A stretch of 64,000 bases of DNA from Candidatus Latescibacterota bacterium (GCA_965204375.1 OZ241986.1:4672001-4736000), one strand, 5' to 3'. Positions 1 to 10,117 are shown, counted from the stretch's first letter. Program-made: numbers and translations. Notes: generated by a model from the sequence alone, not told the origin.

Positions 1-477
1 GATTCTCGTGTGGGAGAACGCGCGGGAACGGTGATCAAAGATCCGACATGCACCGAGGATTTGTTTCCAACACTGCTGGGATTGGTGGGGATAGCGCCCA
101 AAAACGAGGTGCCGGGGACGAATCTGACGCCGCTCGTTCACGGAGATGTAGATGCGCTGGATCGCGAGGGTGTTTTGCTCGAGTTTGTTGCGGAACTGCG
201 AGAAAGACCACCATTTTTTGATGAGGTCTGGCGGGGATTTCGCGCGCGGGATTACAAATATACCGTGAAGGGCAATAACATGGGCGGCAGGCCCTGGCAA
301 TTTTTTGATCTGAAAAACGATCCCGGAGAAATGAATAATCTGGTGGATGATCCCAATTACCGCGACCAGGTCGCCCACCATCATCGCTTGCTGTGCGAGC
401 GGATGATTGAGACGGAGGATCACTTTGTCATGCTCCCGGCGTTTGACAGTGAAGGTGTAAATGTCTGGGAAGAATAA
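1..477 (+). CDS. Sulfatase family protein, C-terminal part (5' end outside window)
   Basis: DLFPTLLGLVG, RGFRARDYKY and FFDLKNDPGEMNNL are typical sulfatase C-terminal motifs; the frame is open from the window edge. Confidence 0.8.
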   Translation, partial: DSRVGERAGTVIKDPTCTEDLFPTLLGLVGIAPKNEVPGTNLTPLVHGDVDALDREGVLLEFVAELRERPPFFDEVWRGFRARDYKYTVKGNNMGGRPWQFFDLKNDPGEMNNLVDDPNYRDQVAHHHRLLCERMIETEDHFVMLPAFDSEGVNVWEE

Positions 478-479
478 CT

Positions 480-1568
480 TCAGGGTTTCCAGATGGTTGC
501 GCCGATATAGCGTTCGCCTTCTGGGGTATCGTTGTAATAATAGGCTGTTACAAGTGAGCTGTCGGGTCTCAAGACGGTGCGGGGATATCCGATATCCGCA
601 TTGCCCCCATCGTCGCGCAGAACAATTTCCTCGCTCCAGGTGGTTCCGGTCGTATCACTGATCTTGGCGCGGATGCCATAAGGTTCTGCGCGATAACCGT
701 AGGTTAGAACGATCCGCCCATCCTTCAGTAGCGTCAAGGTGGGCGGGTTCCCCCCCTGCCCAGAAGCGGGTACAGGCCGACCGATATGTGTCCATGTCAG
801 TCCATCGTCTTCGGATAAATACGTATCAATCCAGTGTTTCGACGCTGTAAATTCTCCGCGCTCTGTGCAGCGCACAGCGACGAGAATGCGGTCTTCACTG
901 AGACGCAGACTCGCGGGCATGATCTGAAAACCCGCAGGCTCTTCACTCAGCCACGATAGAAATCCAAACTTGCGTCCGCCATCATAAGACCGCGCAGCAA
1001 ATACGCGGCCTTCCAACCCATTGCGCTTATTCGCCGTTAGAAATAGCGTACATTGATCCGCGCTATCCACCAGATAATCCGTTCGCGCAGCAATCCCGGG
1101 TTGCCCCCACATTGGGAGCCAGAAAGGCCCTTTCCACGACTGGCATCGGTCCTGCGAATAGTACCAGAAGGAACAGACTCCCGGCCCCAGGCCCGTTCTG
1201 GCACACATCAATGCGAAGTCGGGATGCGAAAAATCCACATTGCCCGGACAATCTGTCGGTCCGTGTTTACCGCCCAGAACTTCACCTACGCGCAATCCCT
1301 CATTCATGTGTTCGTCGGCAGACAATCCGCGATTTTCCGGCGTTTTGCACGGCATGGGTGTCACCTTCCAGGTTTCGCCGCCATCCACACTTCGCGCCTG
1401 CATGTTTACAAATGGACGGTCTTTGTCTCGCGCGTGAAAACCGCCCTGGGGATCTGTATATCCCAGCGTAAATCCCAGCGCGATCTCGTCACCCCACGAC
1501 CACACCCCATAATTTGCGGGCCAACCCGCAAACCGTCCCTCTTTGCGGTACACTGTTACGTGTTTCAT
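480..1568 (-). CDS. BNR/Asp-box repeat sialidase-like glycosidase
   Basis: Asp-boxes RSVDGGETW, YSQDRCQSW, RSYDGGRKF, LSEDDGLTW, ISDTTGTTW and C-terminal DIGYP. Confidence 0.8.
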   Translation of the reverse strand: MKHVTVYRKEGRFAGWPANYGVWSWGDEIALGFTLGYTDPQGGFHARDKDRPFVNMQARSVDGGETWKVTPMPCKTPENRGLSADEHMNEGLRVGEVLGGKHGPTDCPGNVDFSHPDFALMCARTGLGPGVCSFWYYSQDRCQSWKGPFWLPMWGQPGIAARTDYLVDSADQCTLFLTANKRNGLEGRVFAARSYDGGRKFGFLSWLSEEPAGFQIMPASLRLSEDRILVAVRCTERGEFTASKHWIDTYLSEDDGLTWTHIGRPVPASGQGGNPPTLTLLKDGRIVLTYGYRAEPYGIRAKISDTTGTTWSEEIVLRDDGGNADIGYPRTVLRPDSSLVTAYYYNDTPEGERYIGATIWKP

Positions 1569-2572
1569 AATTTGACCGTGCCATCTTCCAGCATACTCAA
1601 CAGTGCGGAATCATCCACATTTAGAGGTAATTCAACTCTGCCCCGACGGCGACTCGATTCATAAGTTGCAAAAATCAATTCTGTTGCTTGCAGTGCTTTA
1701 CGCCCCGAAAGTTCGGGTTCGCGGCCATTTTTCACGGCATCGACGAGATCCAGCACTGAAACGGTTGTCGCATCGCGCTGACTCACCATGCCGCTGAGAT
1801 CCACATCTATCTCCTGGGTACCCGATACAACGCGGAGAGGGGGCGCATCGCGGCCTCCAATTTCAATGAGCCCTTCGCTTCCAATCAATCGATTCGCAAT
1901 GCCCAGCATCCTGGTTCCACCTGTTACCAACAATCCCTCGCGCCCATTTTGATACCTAATCCACGAAACTCCGCTGCCTTCCACGGGGGTCCCAAATACC
2001 TCGCGCCCACCTTCTGCATCGATTTGCCCGATTACCCACTCGGCGGGTTCATCGTCATTGTAAAAGAAGAACATATCAAACCAGTGCGTGCCCCAATCGA
2101 ACATGTTTGGACAATTGCCCTCAAAACGCAGCACTTCACCAATGGCGCCAGATTTTGCAATCTCCTTTGCCTTTATAAATTGCCCGGCAAACCGCCTCTG
2201 ATGACAAAATGTAATGACCACGTCGTTATCCACGCATGCCTGATAGAGCGATTTTGCTTCTCCCCAGGTCGGTGCCATGGGCTTTTCTGCGTGAATCGCC
2301 TGTATTCCACTGCCCGCTGCATCTACAATCATATCGTGATGCAGTCCGGTCCAGGTGCATACGCTAACAAAGTCCAGATCTTCTTTTTCCAGCATGTCTC
2401 GGTAGTCTTCGTAGCCATTTTCAACACCAAATTCTTCCATATACGCCAAACGCGGCGCATCAAACGGATCGGCACACGCTACGAGAGCCACGTCGTCTGA
2501 CGCGGTCCATCCGCGCGCGTGCGCTTTTCCGCGACCACCACAACCGATAACACCAGCTTTAAAATTTGCCAT
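1565..2572 (-). CDS. Gfo/Idh/MocA family oxidoreductase
   Basis: GVIGCGGRG Rossmann motif, AEKPM, DWGTHWFD. Confidence 0.9.
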   Translation of the reverse strand: MANFKAGVIGCGGRGKAHARGWTASDDVALVACADPFDAPRLAYMEEFGVENGYEDYRDMLEKEDLDFVSVCTWTGLHHDMIVDAAGSGIQAIHAEKPMAPTWGEAKSLYQACVDNDVVITFCHQRRFAGQFIKAKEIAKSGAIGEVLRFEGNCPNMFDWGTHWFDMFFFYNDDEPAEWVIGQIDAEGGREVFGTPVEGSGVSWIRYQNGREGLLVTGGTRMLGIANRLIGSEGLIEIGGRDAPPLRVVSGTQEIDVDLSGMVSQRDATTVSVLDLVDAVKNGREPELSGRKALQATELIFATYESSRRRGRVELPLNVDDSALLSMLEDGTVKL

Positions 2573-2602
2573 TTTTTTCTCCTGATAGACGTTAGACCGT
2601 AC

Positions 2603-3574
2603 CTACATTGTGTAAATCGATGTTGCATCCACCACATATCCCTGTTGATTATCTACCACATTTAACAGGGGTTCTCCGGCACAGAATCGCCGGACATTTT
2701 CTACGATTAATGCCTTTCTGCGCTTGTCAATCTCGGGCGAAACGCCCGCCACATGTGGCGTCAATATCACATTTTCCATGGACCACAGGGCGTGGTCTTG
2801 CGGCAACGGCTCCTCTTCATATACATCGAGGCCAGCACCGCCGATCTGTCCGGATTGCAATGCGCTGGTCAGTGCGTGCAATTGGACCACTTTGCCGCGA
2901 CCGATGTTGATTAGTATTCCCGTATTTTTCATCGCCCGAAACATATCTGCGTTGAATAGCCCTTCGGTCTCGGCAGTGTGGGGTACGCATATCACGACAA
3001 AATCCGACTCTCCGACCATATTCGAAAGTTCATCGGGAGAATAAATACGCGCAATAAAATCGGGTTTTCCCTTTGGTGCTGGATCCATTCCCAGCACGCG
3101 CATGCCAAATATCGGACCTCGCTCGGCAACGGCCAGACCAATGCCACCCAAACCGACTACGCCCAATGTCGTTCCCGCAAGATGAATTACAGGCGCGCCT
3201 TTTTCCCATTTGCTCCGAGATTGATTGCGAATATAGTGATGCAATCCGCGGGCAAATGCCATGACCATTGAAAAGACGTGATCGGCGATTACATCGCTGT
3301 ATATTCCGCGGATATTCGTCACTGTCAAATCGCTTTTCCGCAGTTCGGGAAAGTAATAGCCATCCAGCCCGGCACTCGTCGCCTGCACCCATCGCAACTT
3401 CTTTGCTGCCTTCAAAATCTGCGGGGACATGCCGCCGAAATAGGCATCTGCATCGCCAATTTCGGATAGTAAGTCCCCTTCGGACTTCACAACCGCAGTT
3501 TCCACACCCAGATCGCGGATCTGTTGCATGTATTCATCTTCCAACGCCCGCTGCAATACCATTTTTATCGCCAT
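2603..3574 (-). CDS. D-2-hydroxyacid dehydrogenase
   Basis: GVVGLGGIG, INIGRG, GAGLDVYEEEPL, TPHVAG; start set at MAIKMV (3574) with a GGAG RBS. Confidence 0.9.
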   Translation of the reverse strand: MAIKMVLQRALEDEYMQQIRDLGVETAVVKSEGDLLSEIGDADAYFGGMSPQILKAAKKLRWVQATSAGLDGYYFPELRKSDLTVTNIRGIYSDVIADHVFSMVMAFARGLHHYIRNQSRSKWEKGAPVIHLAGTTLGVVGLGGIGLAVAERGPIFGMRVLGMDPAPKGKPDFIARIYSPDELSNMVGESDFVVICVPHTAETEGLFNADMFRAMKNTGILINIGRGKVVQLHALTSALQSGQIGGAGLDVYEEEPLPQDHALWSMENVILTPHVAGVSPEIDKRRKALIVENVRRFCAGEPLLNVVDNQQGYVVDATSIYTM

Positions 3575-3590
3575 CTCACAATCTCCAGTA

Positions 3591-4868
3591 TTATGCTTGC
3601 CAGGGCACACTGCCATTTTGTTGCATTTCCGCCTGCAACAACTCACCCATCTCTCGAAATGTGTCTTTCTGCGTTTTTGCCCGATCAGATGTTTCTTGAG
3701 GGTCATTGCCCAGATCGTAAAGTTCCAGCGGTTCAAAAGGACTGTTGTGCAGCAATTTGATATTGCCGCGTCGAACAGCGTGCTGGTTTAGTCCGAGAAA
3801 TGAGTTGCCCCCGTCTTTTCGAACCCAGTACATCGCGCGATCAGAAAAATTCTGGTTTGCTCCTCTCAGCGTTGGCAAAATGGACAGTCCCTCAATCTCG
3901 TGGTTGACCGATACACCTGCTATATCGCAGGCTGTGGGAAACAGGTCCATCAGCATGGCAACGTTATCACATACCTGGCCTTTTTCGATTCCATCTGTCC
4001 ACATTGCACAGGTGGGTACCCGAATGCCGCCTTCATACATCTGTCCCTTTCCGCCTTTTAAATCACCGTTGGTCGCGCCCACATTTAGCTGGCCGCCATT
4101 GTCCGATGTGTAGATCACGAGTGTATTGGCGAGTTGTCCGGTTTGCTCAAGCGTGTCCAAGACCCGACCAATGCCCGCATCCATGTGCTCGACCAGTGCG
4201 ATGTATTTCACCCGCTCGGGCGAGGCATCAGGCTCGCGCTGGCGCACCCGGTCGATCCAATCTTCTGGCGGTTGAATGGGTGTGTGTGGCGCATTATATG
4301 CCAGATAGAGAAAAAACGGCTGTGACGAATGCGCGTGTCCGCGAACCACTTCTATTGCCCATTCTGTAAATAAATCCGTCGCGTGCCCACGCGGATCAAT
4401 CACCTCGAGGTCCTTCCGCATGTAATTCTGGTCGTGCCGCAAATGCGTGTAATAGTCGTCCATCATGTCGCCCAAAAAACCGTGGAAATGATCAAACCCG
4501 CGCTTGCACGGATGGTTTTCTGGTTCGAGGCCCAGATGCCATTTTCCAACAATGGATGTGTGATAGTCTTTTTGTTTGAGCATTGATGGCAGTGTTATGG
4601 CATCACGACTGAAATATCCCCAATTGCTCTCGGGATATGTGCGAATCACGCCCGGCACGCCAACTCGATCTGGATATCGCCCGGTCATCAATGCTGCGCG
4701 ACTGGGGGAACACACGGATGAATTTGCGTAGAACTGTGTCATGCGAATGCCGTTTTCAGCAATGCGATCGATATTCGGCGTTTGAATATGCGGTCCACGA
4801 TGTGCCGAGATATCGCCGTAACCGTGATCATCACCCAGGATTACCAGAATATTGGGCAAATGCGCCAT
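3591..4868 (-). CDS. Arylsulfatase-family sulfatase
   Basis: PNILVILGDDHGYGD, formylglycine motif CSPSRAALMTG, GKWHLG. Confidence 0.93.
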   Translation of the reverse strand: MAHLPNILVILGDDHGYGDISAHRGPHIQTPNIDRIAENGIRMTQFYANSSVCSPSRAALMTGRYPDRVGVPGVIRTYPESNWGYFSRDAITLPSMLKQKDYHTSIVGKWHLGLEPENHPCKRGFDHFHGFLGDMMDDYYTHLRHDQNYMRKDLEVIDPRGHATDLFTEWAIEVVRGHAHSSQPFFLYLAYNAPHTPIQPPEDWIDRVRQREPDASPERVKYIALVEHMDAGIGRVLDTLEQTGQLANTLVIYTSDNGGQLNVGATNGDLKGGKGQMYEGGIRVPTCAMWTDGIEKGQVCDNVAMLMDLFPTACDIAGVSVNHEIEGLSILPTLRGANQNFSDRAMYWVRKDGGNSFLGLNQHAVRRGNIKLLHNSPFEPLELYDLGNDPQETSDRAKTQKDTFREMGELLQAEMQQNGSVPWQA

Positions 4869-4883
4869 TTTATCTCCTTATAA

Positions 4884-5174
4884 TTACATGTGCCGCAGCA
4901 TCCGCCGCACCAGTTCGCGTTTTTCTGCGGGATCTTTTGCCCAGCAAATTTCCTCAAACCGATCTTCAAATGTCCCCGAATTTTCGATTTTTCGATCCCG
5001 ACTCAATTTTTGTAGCTGCTCAATTTCACGAGGATCAAGTCTGTGGGACAGGCGGTTTAACGCAAATTTGAACCGTTTCGGATTTCGCAAAAAATAAGTG
5101 CCCAATTCCCGGAGCATGTCGCCGTATTTCCAATCCTGCTCCGCAACTGTTTCCGCCAGTTTATCATTTTGCAT
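4884..5174 (-). CDS. Hypothetical small helical protein
   Basis: ORF fills the gap between two sulfatases; AGGAGG RBS upstream of MQNDKL (5174). Confidence 0.6.
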   Translation of the reverse strand: MQNDKLAETVAEQDWKYGDMLRELGTYFLRNPKRFKFALNRLSHRLDPREIEQLQKLSRDRKIENSGTFEDRFEEICWAKDPAEKRELVRRMLRHM

Positions 5175-5190
5175 GACTAAAAACCTCCTC

Positions 5191-6600
5191 TTACTCATTG
5201 GGACGTTTTCCAATTGTATCCGCGAGGTGATCCATCAGGTCATCGAGCGCTTGCCGCGATGCGCGACCGCGAAATGCTTCGAGCACCGGGTCGTTTGTTT
5301 CCACCATCCATTCTTCGAGCGCGTTTCTCTGAGCCTGGAGTTCATCGGCGTAGTTGGGATCGTCAATGAGGTTGTTCAGCGCATTGGGGTCGTTCTCAAA
5401 GTCGTAAAATTCTTCGAGTACGCGATAGGAAAACAAATGGTTTCGCGCGGTCAATTCCGGGTCGTTGGCTTCTGCTTCTTTCATCGCCTGCCAGGACCGA
5501 CCGTTCTGGGACTCGTTTCGAAATTCTCGCTCGCCATCAGACCAGGGATTGAAGATATAGCCGAATCGCGTATTTTGCACGCATCGCATCGGGTAATTGC
5601 GTCGCCCCGAGGTCTGGTGAAATTGCGTGAACACTTGTTCGCATCCATCCTGTTTTTCACCCCGCAATACGGGCAAACGCGATTTGCCATTGACGCCGTC
5701 CGGGATATCTACACCAATCGCATCCAATACTGTAGGCAAGTAATCTACCCCGGAAATAAAATGTTCGGTATCCACGCGCCCGGCTTGTATGACCGCGGGC
5801 CATCGCGCCAAAAAGGGTGTGCGCGTGCTGTTTAGGTAACAATTTGTTTTTGCAAAGGGGAATGCCATGCCATTGTCAGATAAGAACATCACGAGGGTGT
5901 TCTCCGCCACGCCCGCTTCATCTAATACATCGAGTAATTGGCCCACGGTATCATCACAGCGACGAGCAGAGTTGTAATACTCGGCAATTTCCAGACGCAC
6001 GTCCGGTATGTCGGGCAAAAACTCGGGAATGACCACTTCTTCCGGGTCAAATGTGCGCGAGGGCGGAACCGCTGGCGGGTCGAGTTCGCTGTACCATTCG
6101 GGTTTGTCGTTGCCGTAGAACGGGCGATGGGGATCGTGGGAATTTGCCATGAGGAAAAATGGGCGGTCGCCATCTACGGCACCCTGAACAAAGTTTTTTG
6201 TATGCTGATAATACGCATCGGGATTTCGTCCCTGTCCCAAATCGATCTGATCATACGCCATGTCCCATTGAAATGCCGCGTATGGCGTCGAGTGTGTCAC
6301 TTTGCCCAAAATGCCCACATCATAGCCCTTACCGCGCAAGATATCGGGTAGTATGGGGACGCCTTCGTGTCGCAAATGGTAAAAGCCCTCGCCCCCACTG
6401 AGATGCGGATAGCGCCCGGTCATCAATGCCGAGCGGCTCGGTTGACATACTGCAATTGTCACATGTCCGTGGTTAAATCGCAATCCTCCTGCAGCCAGTC
6501 GGTCAATATTTGGCGTTGTCCCCGCTGTTGGACAACCAAATGCTCCCACGGCATCCCAGTTCATGTCATCTGCTGTTATCAACATAAAGTTTGTCCGCAT
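5191..6600 (-). CDS. Sulfatase (N-sulfoglucosamine sulfohydrolase-like)
   Basis: LITADD, CQPSRSALMTG, HDPHRPF, SDNGMAFPFAK; start MRTNF with a GGAGG RBS. Confidence 0.9.
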   Translation of the reverse strand: MRTNFMLITADDMNWDAVGAFGCPTAGTTPNIDRLAAGGLRFNHGHVTIAVCQPSRSALMTGRYPHLSGGEGFYHLRHEGVPILPDILRGKGYDVGILGKVTHSTPYAAFQWDMAYDQIDLGQGRNPDAYYQHTKNFVQGAVDGDRPFFLMANSHDPHRPFYGNDKPEWYSELDPPAVPPSRTFDPEEVVIPEFLPDIPDVRLEIAEYYNSARRCDDTVGQLLDVLDEAGVAENTLVMFLSDNGMAFPFAKTNCYLNSTRTPFLARWPAVIQAGRVDTEHFISGVDYLPTVLDAIGVDIPDGVNGKSRLPVLRGEKQDGCEQVFTQFHQTSGRRNYPMRCVQNTRFGYIFNPWSDGEREFRNESQNGRSWQAMKEAEANDPELTARNHLFSYRVLEEFYDFENDPNALNNLIDDPNYADELQAQRNALEEWMVETNDPVLEAFRGRASRQALDDLMDHLADTIGKRPNE

Positions 6601-6672
6601 AAAACCTCCAGATTGAGAAGTGAGTTTAGCCACAAAAGAGAAGACGTGAATAATTTGAGCGTCTGAAGAAAT

Positions 6673-6700
6673 CCACGAAGGACACGAAGGACACGAAGAA
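6673..6700. repeat. Short tandem repeat (CACGAAGGA)x3
   Basis: ccacgaaggacacgaaggacacgaagaa; related cacgaag units at about 48679-48740. Confidence 0.7.
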
Positions 6701-6746
6701 AGATAGTATTGATACTGTTGTAAAGATACAAGAAGCGATGAAATAT

Positions 6747-7691
6747 TTAGAAAGGGGGTGCGAATCCGTCTTTACCTTCACCCAAGTTCGGCAGATTCTT
6801 GCGAAGAACTTCTGAAATCTCATCGTAGTGCTTCATATATTCGTCGCGGAATGATGATGGTGTACATCCGAGTTTTTCTACCATCAGTGCGAACGCTTTT
6901 TCGCGTGTGCCTGCAACAAACTTACCCCGCTGGAAGTGAAATGGTTGTGAAATGAATTTTTTGACATGTGTGTTCAGCAAATTCTCGCTGAATACCTCAG
7001 CGTCTTTTACCAAGAGCAAGGGTGTCATGGTGATGCAAGCGTCAATGCCTTCAGCCTGCACCTGTGCGATTGCATGTAATCGCATAGCGTTGGAAGGACA
7101 GTATGGCTCGAAAGTGCGCCTTATGTCTTCGTCGTCAGTGGTGACTGTCATATTCACCTGCACGCGCCCGCCGTTGTCTTCGATGCGGCGAAATAAGTCG
7201 CAGTCGCGCACGACATCGGGGCTGCGCGTTTGCACGACCAACCTGGGTTTGTGTTGCTCTGCCATAATGTTCAGTAAGTTGCGGGTTATCTTCAGTTCAC
7301 GCTCAATGGGTTGGTAGGGGTCGGTGACACTGCTCATGTAGATAAGCTTGTCATTGAGGGATCGCCTGAGCCTTTCCATTTTTTCGACCGCGTTCTCTTT
7401 GACACCAACCCAATAGCCCCAGGAGTCTTGTTTTTTGCGGTCACGGCTGAAAAACGCTGCATAGCAGTAGGTGCAGCCATAAGAGCATCCGCTATACGGA
7501 TTTAACGTATAGTCATAGGCGTCCATGAACCCGGTGGCAGGCGTCAATATCGCGCTGGTAGGCTTATATTCGACGTCGGCTTGTCCGATGCGATTAGGCC
7601 GATCTTCTGGCTGACGCTCCGCTGGGGGTTGCGCCATAGAAACATCATCAAATAACAGGTATTGATTAGATGTAGTCATAAATATTACCAT
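6747..7691 (-). CDS. Radical SAM protein, spore-photoproduct-lyase-like family
   Basis: LNPYSGCSYGCTYCYA (CxxxCxxC), MSSVTDPYQPIE, VQTRSP, FEP; alternative start at 7679. Confidence 0.88.
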   Translation of the reverse strand: MVIFMTTSNQYLLFDDVSMAQPPAERQPEDRPNRIGQADVEYKPTSAILTPATGFMDAYDYTLNPYSGCSYGCTYCYAAFFSRDRKKQDSWGYWVGVKENAVEKMERLRRSLNDKLIYMSSVTDPYQPIERELKITRNLLNIMAEQHKPRLVVQTRSPDVVRDCDLFRRIEDNGGRVQVNMTVTTDDEDIRRTFEPYCPSNAMRLHAIAQVQAEGIDACITMTPLLLVKDAEVFSENLLNTHVKKFISQPFHFQRGKFVAGTREKAFALMVEKLGCTPSSFRDEYMKHYDEISEVLRKNLPNLGEGKDGFAPPF

Positions 7692-8611
7692 CCTCGTAAA
7701 TTCTTCGGTCGGTACTCCCTCTCCCCAGAATAAAAATGCCAGATTTCGGCGTCACGCCGTTCCCATGTGACGGGAATGTGTAGATAACCATGGGATTGTG
7801 AAAGCGTCTTGTTCAGATTTCTTCTCCATTCTGTAATTTTTGTTAGCTCGCCATTGAACTGGAGTGACAGTTCTGTTTTTCGGGGCTTGGAAGAGAAAGG
7901 CCACACTTCTTTCAAAAGAGATTTCTTTGACTCGTGTGTGGATACGAAACACACATGGGGGTAGAATCTATTTCTAAGAGACTTGAGCGACTGCTTTATA
8001 TCGTCTTTGTTCTCATCGTAAACTGCGTGTATTGCGCTAATCCAACGGTCGCTACTCTGTGCCAATTCAACTTGTCCAATATCCTTGTAGTAATTTGGCT
8101 TTATGATTTCGCATACCGGGCCTAAATGATTGTAGAGTTTTTGATTGTAGAGCTTTGTGAACAACTCCCACATCTCCTTTCCGATGTCGATCATGGCCTG
8201 GCTTATATCTATTGAATCTATCCTGATTTCGGTTATTGATTTCTTATTTTTCGTGGTTATCGTGTCCGCGACTGCTAACGCAACACCGAACTGCATTGCC
8301 AGCGATCCGCACCCGAAATCCACAATGTGCAGTTTTTCATTCAATATGTCAGTTGAGTTAATGATTGATTGAATCATACTATACGCAAGGTTTATTTGAG
8401 AAGGCTGATACCAGGAATAAAAAAGCGCGACCCATTCATCGTGGTAATCGGACATCTCGCCTTTTTGAAGTTTCTTAAGCGATTCGAGCGCGTTGAAAAC
8501 CTTTTGTGTTATTTGATTAGTATTTAAGCCACAGGCAAGCCGTTTAAACTCTTGTTTCGATACGGTTTCTATTACCAAGTCCAAGATGTTGGTAGCGATT
8601 TTCCCATTCAT
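7685..8611 (-). CDS. Hypothetical protein with class I SAM-dependent methyltransferase-like motif
   Basis: IVDFGCGS (motif I-like) and IDSIDISQAM (motif II-like); AT-rich; overlaps the radical SAM gene start. Confidence 0.6.
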   Translation of the reverse strand: MNGKIATNILDLVIETVSKQEFKRLACGLNTNQITQKVFNALESLKKLQKGEMSDYHDEWVALFYSWYQPSQINLAYSMIQSIINSTDILNEKLHIVDFGCGSLAMQFGVALAVADTITTKNKKSITEIRIDSIDISQAMIDIGKEMWELFTKLYNQKLYNHLGPVCEIIKPNYYKDIGQVELAQSSDRWISAIHAVYDENKDDIKQSLKSLRNRFYPHVCFVSTHESKKSLLKEVWPFSSKPRKTELSLQFNGELTKITEWRRNLNKTLSQSHGYLHIPVTWERRDAEIWHFYSGEREYRPKNLRGW

Positions 8612-8630
8612 ATTTTTCTGATCTCCAAGC

Positions 8631-8656
8631 GGGCGACCACAAAGGTCGTCCCTACA
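8631..8656 (-). repeat. GTAG-type REP-like palindrome
   Basis: Minus strand GTAG-GGACGACC-tttgt-GGTCGCCC: GTAG tetranucleotide followed by an imperfect hairpin. Confidence 0.65.
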
Positions 8657-8706
8657 TTTTATCGCTTCATGTCCTCGAACCAGCCAGCCTCAGCCCCTCT
8701 TTTTTC

Positions 8707-8772
8707 TCTGCGTTCATCTGCGTCATCTGCGTCATCTGCGGATCACACTTCACACTTCCTACTTCACACTTT
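8707..8772. repeat. Two abutting short-tandem-repeat families: (TCATCTGCG)n and (TCACACT)n
   Basis: tctgcgttcatctgcgtcatctgcgtcatctgcgg followed by tcacacttcacacttcctacttcacact; the first family recurs inverted at 57047-57082. Confidence 0.75.
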
Positions 8773-8773
8773 C

Positions 8774-9232
8774 CTATTCTTCCCCATCGTAATACTCCGC
8801 CTCGGTCAGACGTCCCAATTTGCCCGGTGGGCGGATCGCCCATTTATCCGAGTCCGGATAATAGACCGGATCACTTACGGGATTGTCGGCAATGACGTAA
8901 TAAATCAGATCCTCTGTCGCACTTGTATTGCGTATCTGATGCGCGGTGCCGGGTGGCTGAACAAATGCGTCGCCTGCTCCCACTTCAAATGTGTGATCAT
9001 TACGGCGCACGGTGCCCTGACCGTGGAACACGATATAAAATTCCCACTGTACCTGATGCGCATGGCACGGAAAATTTATCTTTCCCGGCGGCAATCGCAC
9101 CCATTCAACCTCAAATGGCTGTCCTGTAGTTTCCAATGCTCCGGAAATATCCTTTCGAGATAAACCGTATTTACCCGTGCGCGATTGGCGCGCTATTTCC
9201 TCTATTTCCGATTCATTGATTTTTTCTATCAC
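8774..9232 (-). CDS. Cupin domain protein
   Basis: PCHAHQVQWEFYIVFHGQG and PPGTAHQIRN cupin motifs. Confidence 0.88.
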   Translation of the reverse strand: MIEKINESEIEEIARQSRTGKYGLSRKDISGALETTGQPFEVEWVRLPPGKINFPCHAHQVQWEFYIVFHGQGTVRRNDHTFEVGAGDAFVQPPGTAHQIRNTSATEDLIYYVIADNPVSDPVYYPDSDKWAIRPPGKLGRLTEAEYYDGEE

Positions 9233-9257
9233 TTTGATTTTCCTTCACTTTGATGGT

Positions 9258-10037
9258 TTATTGGGCGTTCCATCCGCCATCCACATATAGCGATGCTCCC
9301 GTCATGAAGCTGGATGCATCGCTTGCCAAAAATAGCGCTGCGCCACGAATTTCATGCAACTCTGCCCAGCGATTTAACGCGGTCAATTCCAATAACGATT
9401 TTACCTTCTCGGGCGTTTTTAGAAGCGGCACATTGATCTCTGTCAAAAAGGGTCCGGGACACAATGCATTGCAACGCACATTGGACTCTGCCCACTCCAG
9501 AGCCATCGTTTTTGTCATCCCGATTAATCCCGCTTTTGACGAACAATAAGCCGAGCGCTCTCTTAACCCGACGCCACTTAATGCCGACGCAATGTTTACT
9601 ACGGAACCCGATCCCTGTGGCTTCATAACCCGGGCAGCCGCTCGACAACACAACCATACGCCAGTGAGATTGATATCGATCACTTGCTTAAACTCGTCGA
9701 GTGGAAATTCCTCTACGGGATGCCGAATATTAATTCCCGCGCTGTTGATCAACACGTCCAGCTTGCCGTATTTCTCGATGACTGTATCAAATACCCGATC
9801 CACGTCTTTTTCATGGGTTACATCTCCAGCGATACCGAGACTCTCCTGCCGTGTTTCTTCTGCGATCTCTGCGGCCACGCGGTCACAATCTGCCTGTGTC
9901 CGCGAACAAATGACGGTTTTTGCACCGGCCTGCGCCAATCCCATCGCCATTGATGCGCCCAATCCTTTGGATCCCCCGGTGATCAAGGCGACCTTTCCGT
10001 CTAACCGAAACAAATCCATTACATATATTTCTGACAT
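9258..10037 (-). CDS. SDR family oxidoreductase
   Basis: TGGSKGLG, NSAG, YCSSK (YxxxK), DGGW. Confidence 0.93.
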   Translation of the reverse strand: MSEIYVMDLFRLDGKVALITGGSKGLGASMAMGLAQAGAKTVICSRTQADCDRVAAEIAEETRQESLGIAGDVTHEKDVDRVFDTVIEKYGKLDVLINSAGINIRHPVEEFPLDEFKQVIDINLTGVWLCCRAAARVMKPQGSGSVVNIASALSGVGLRERSAYCSSKAGLIGMTKTMALEWAESNVRCNALCPGPFLTEINVPLLKTPEKVKSLLELTALNRWAELHEIRGAALFLASDASSFMTGASLYVDGGWNAQ

Positions 10038-10058
10038 GTTGTTCTCCTGAGATCAACA

Positions 10059-10103
10059 AAAACCTCCTGGATTGCGGCCCCGTATTACAACCTACGGGGC
10101 AGG
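10059..10103 (-). repeat. Partial inverted copy of the about 60-bp palindromic element family
   Basis: aaaacctcctggattgcggc approximates the reverse complement of gccgcaatccagaaggtttt at 34222-34241; carries its own ccccgta...tacgggg hairpin. Confidence 0.55.
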
Positions 10104-10117
10104 ATCCTGTGCCGTCC

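Noticed and set aside
3575-3736. Long N-terminal extensions in the ORF track (also dnaN to 20003, 47104-47307, 53398-53856, 57021-57167, 60001-60078)
   Set aside because: They overlap upstream genes or repeats; downstream starts with an RBS or translational coupling fit better
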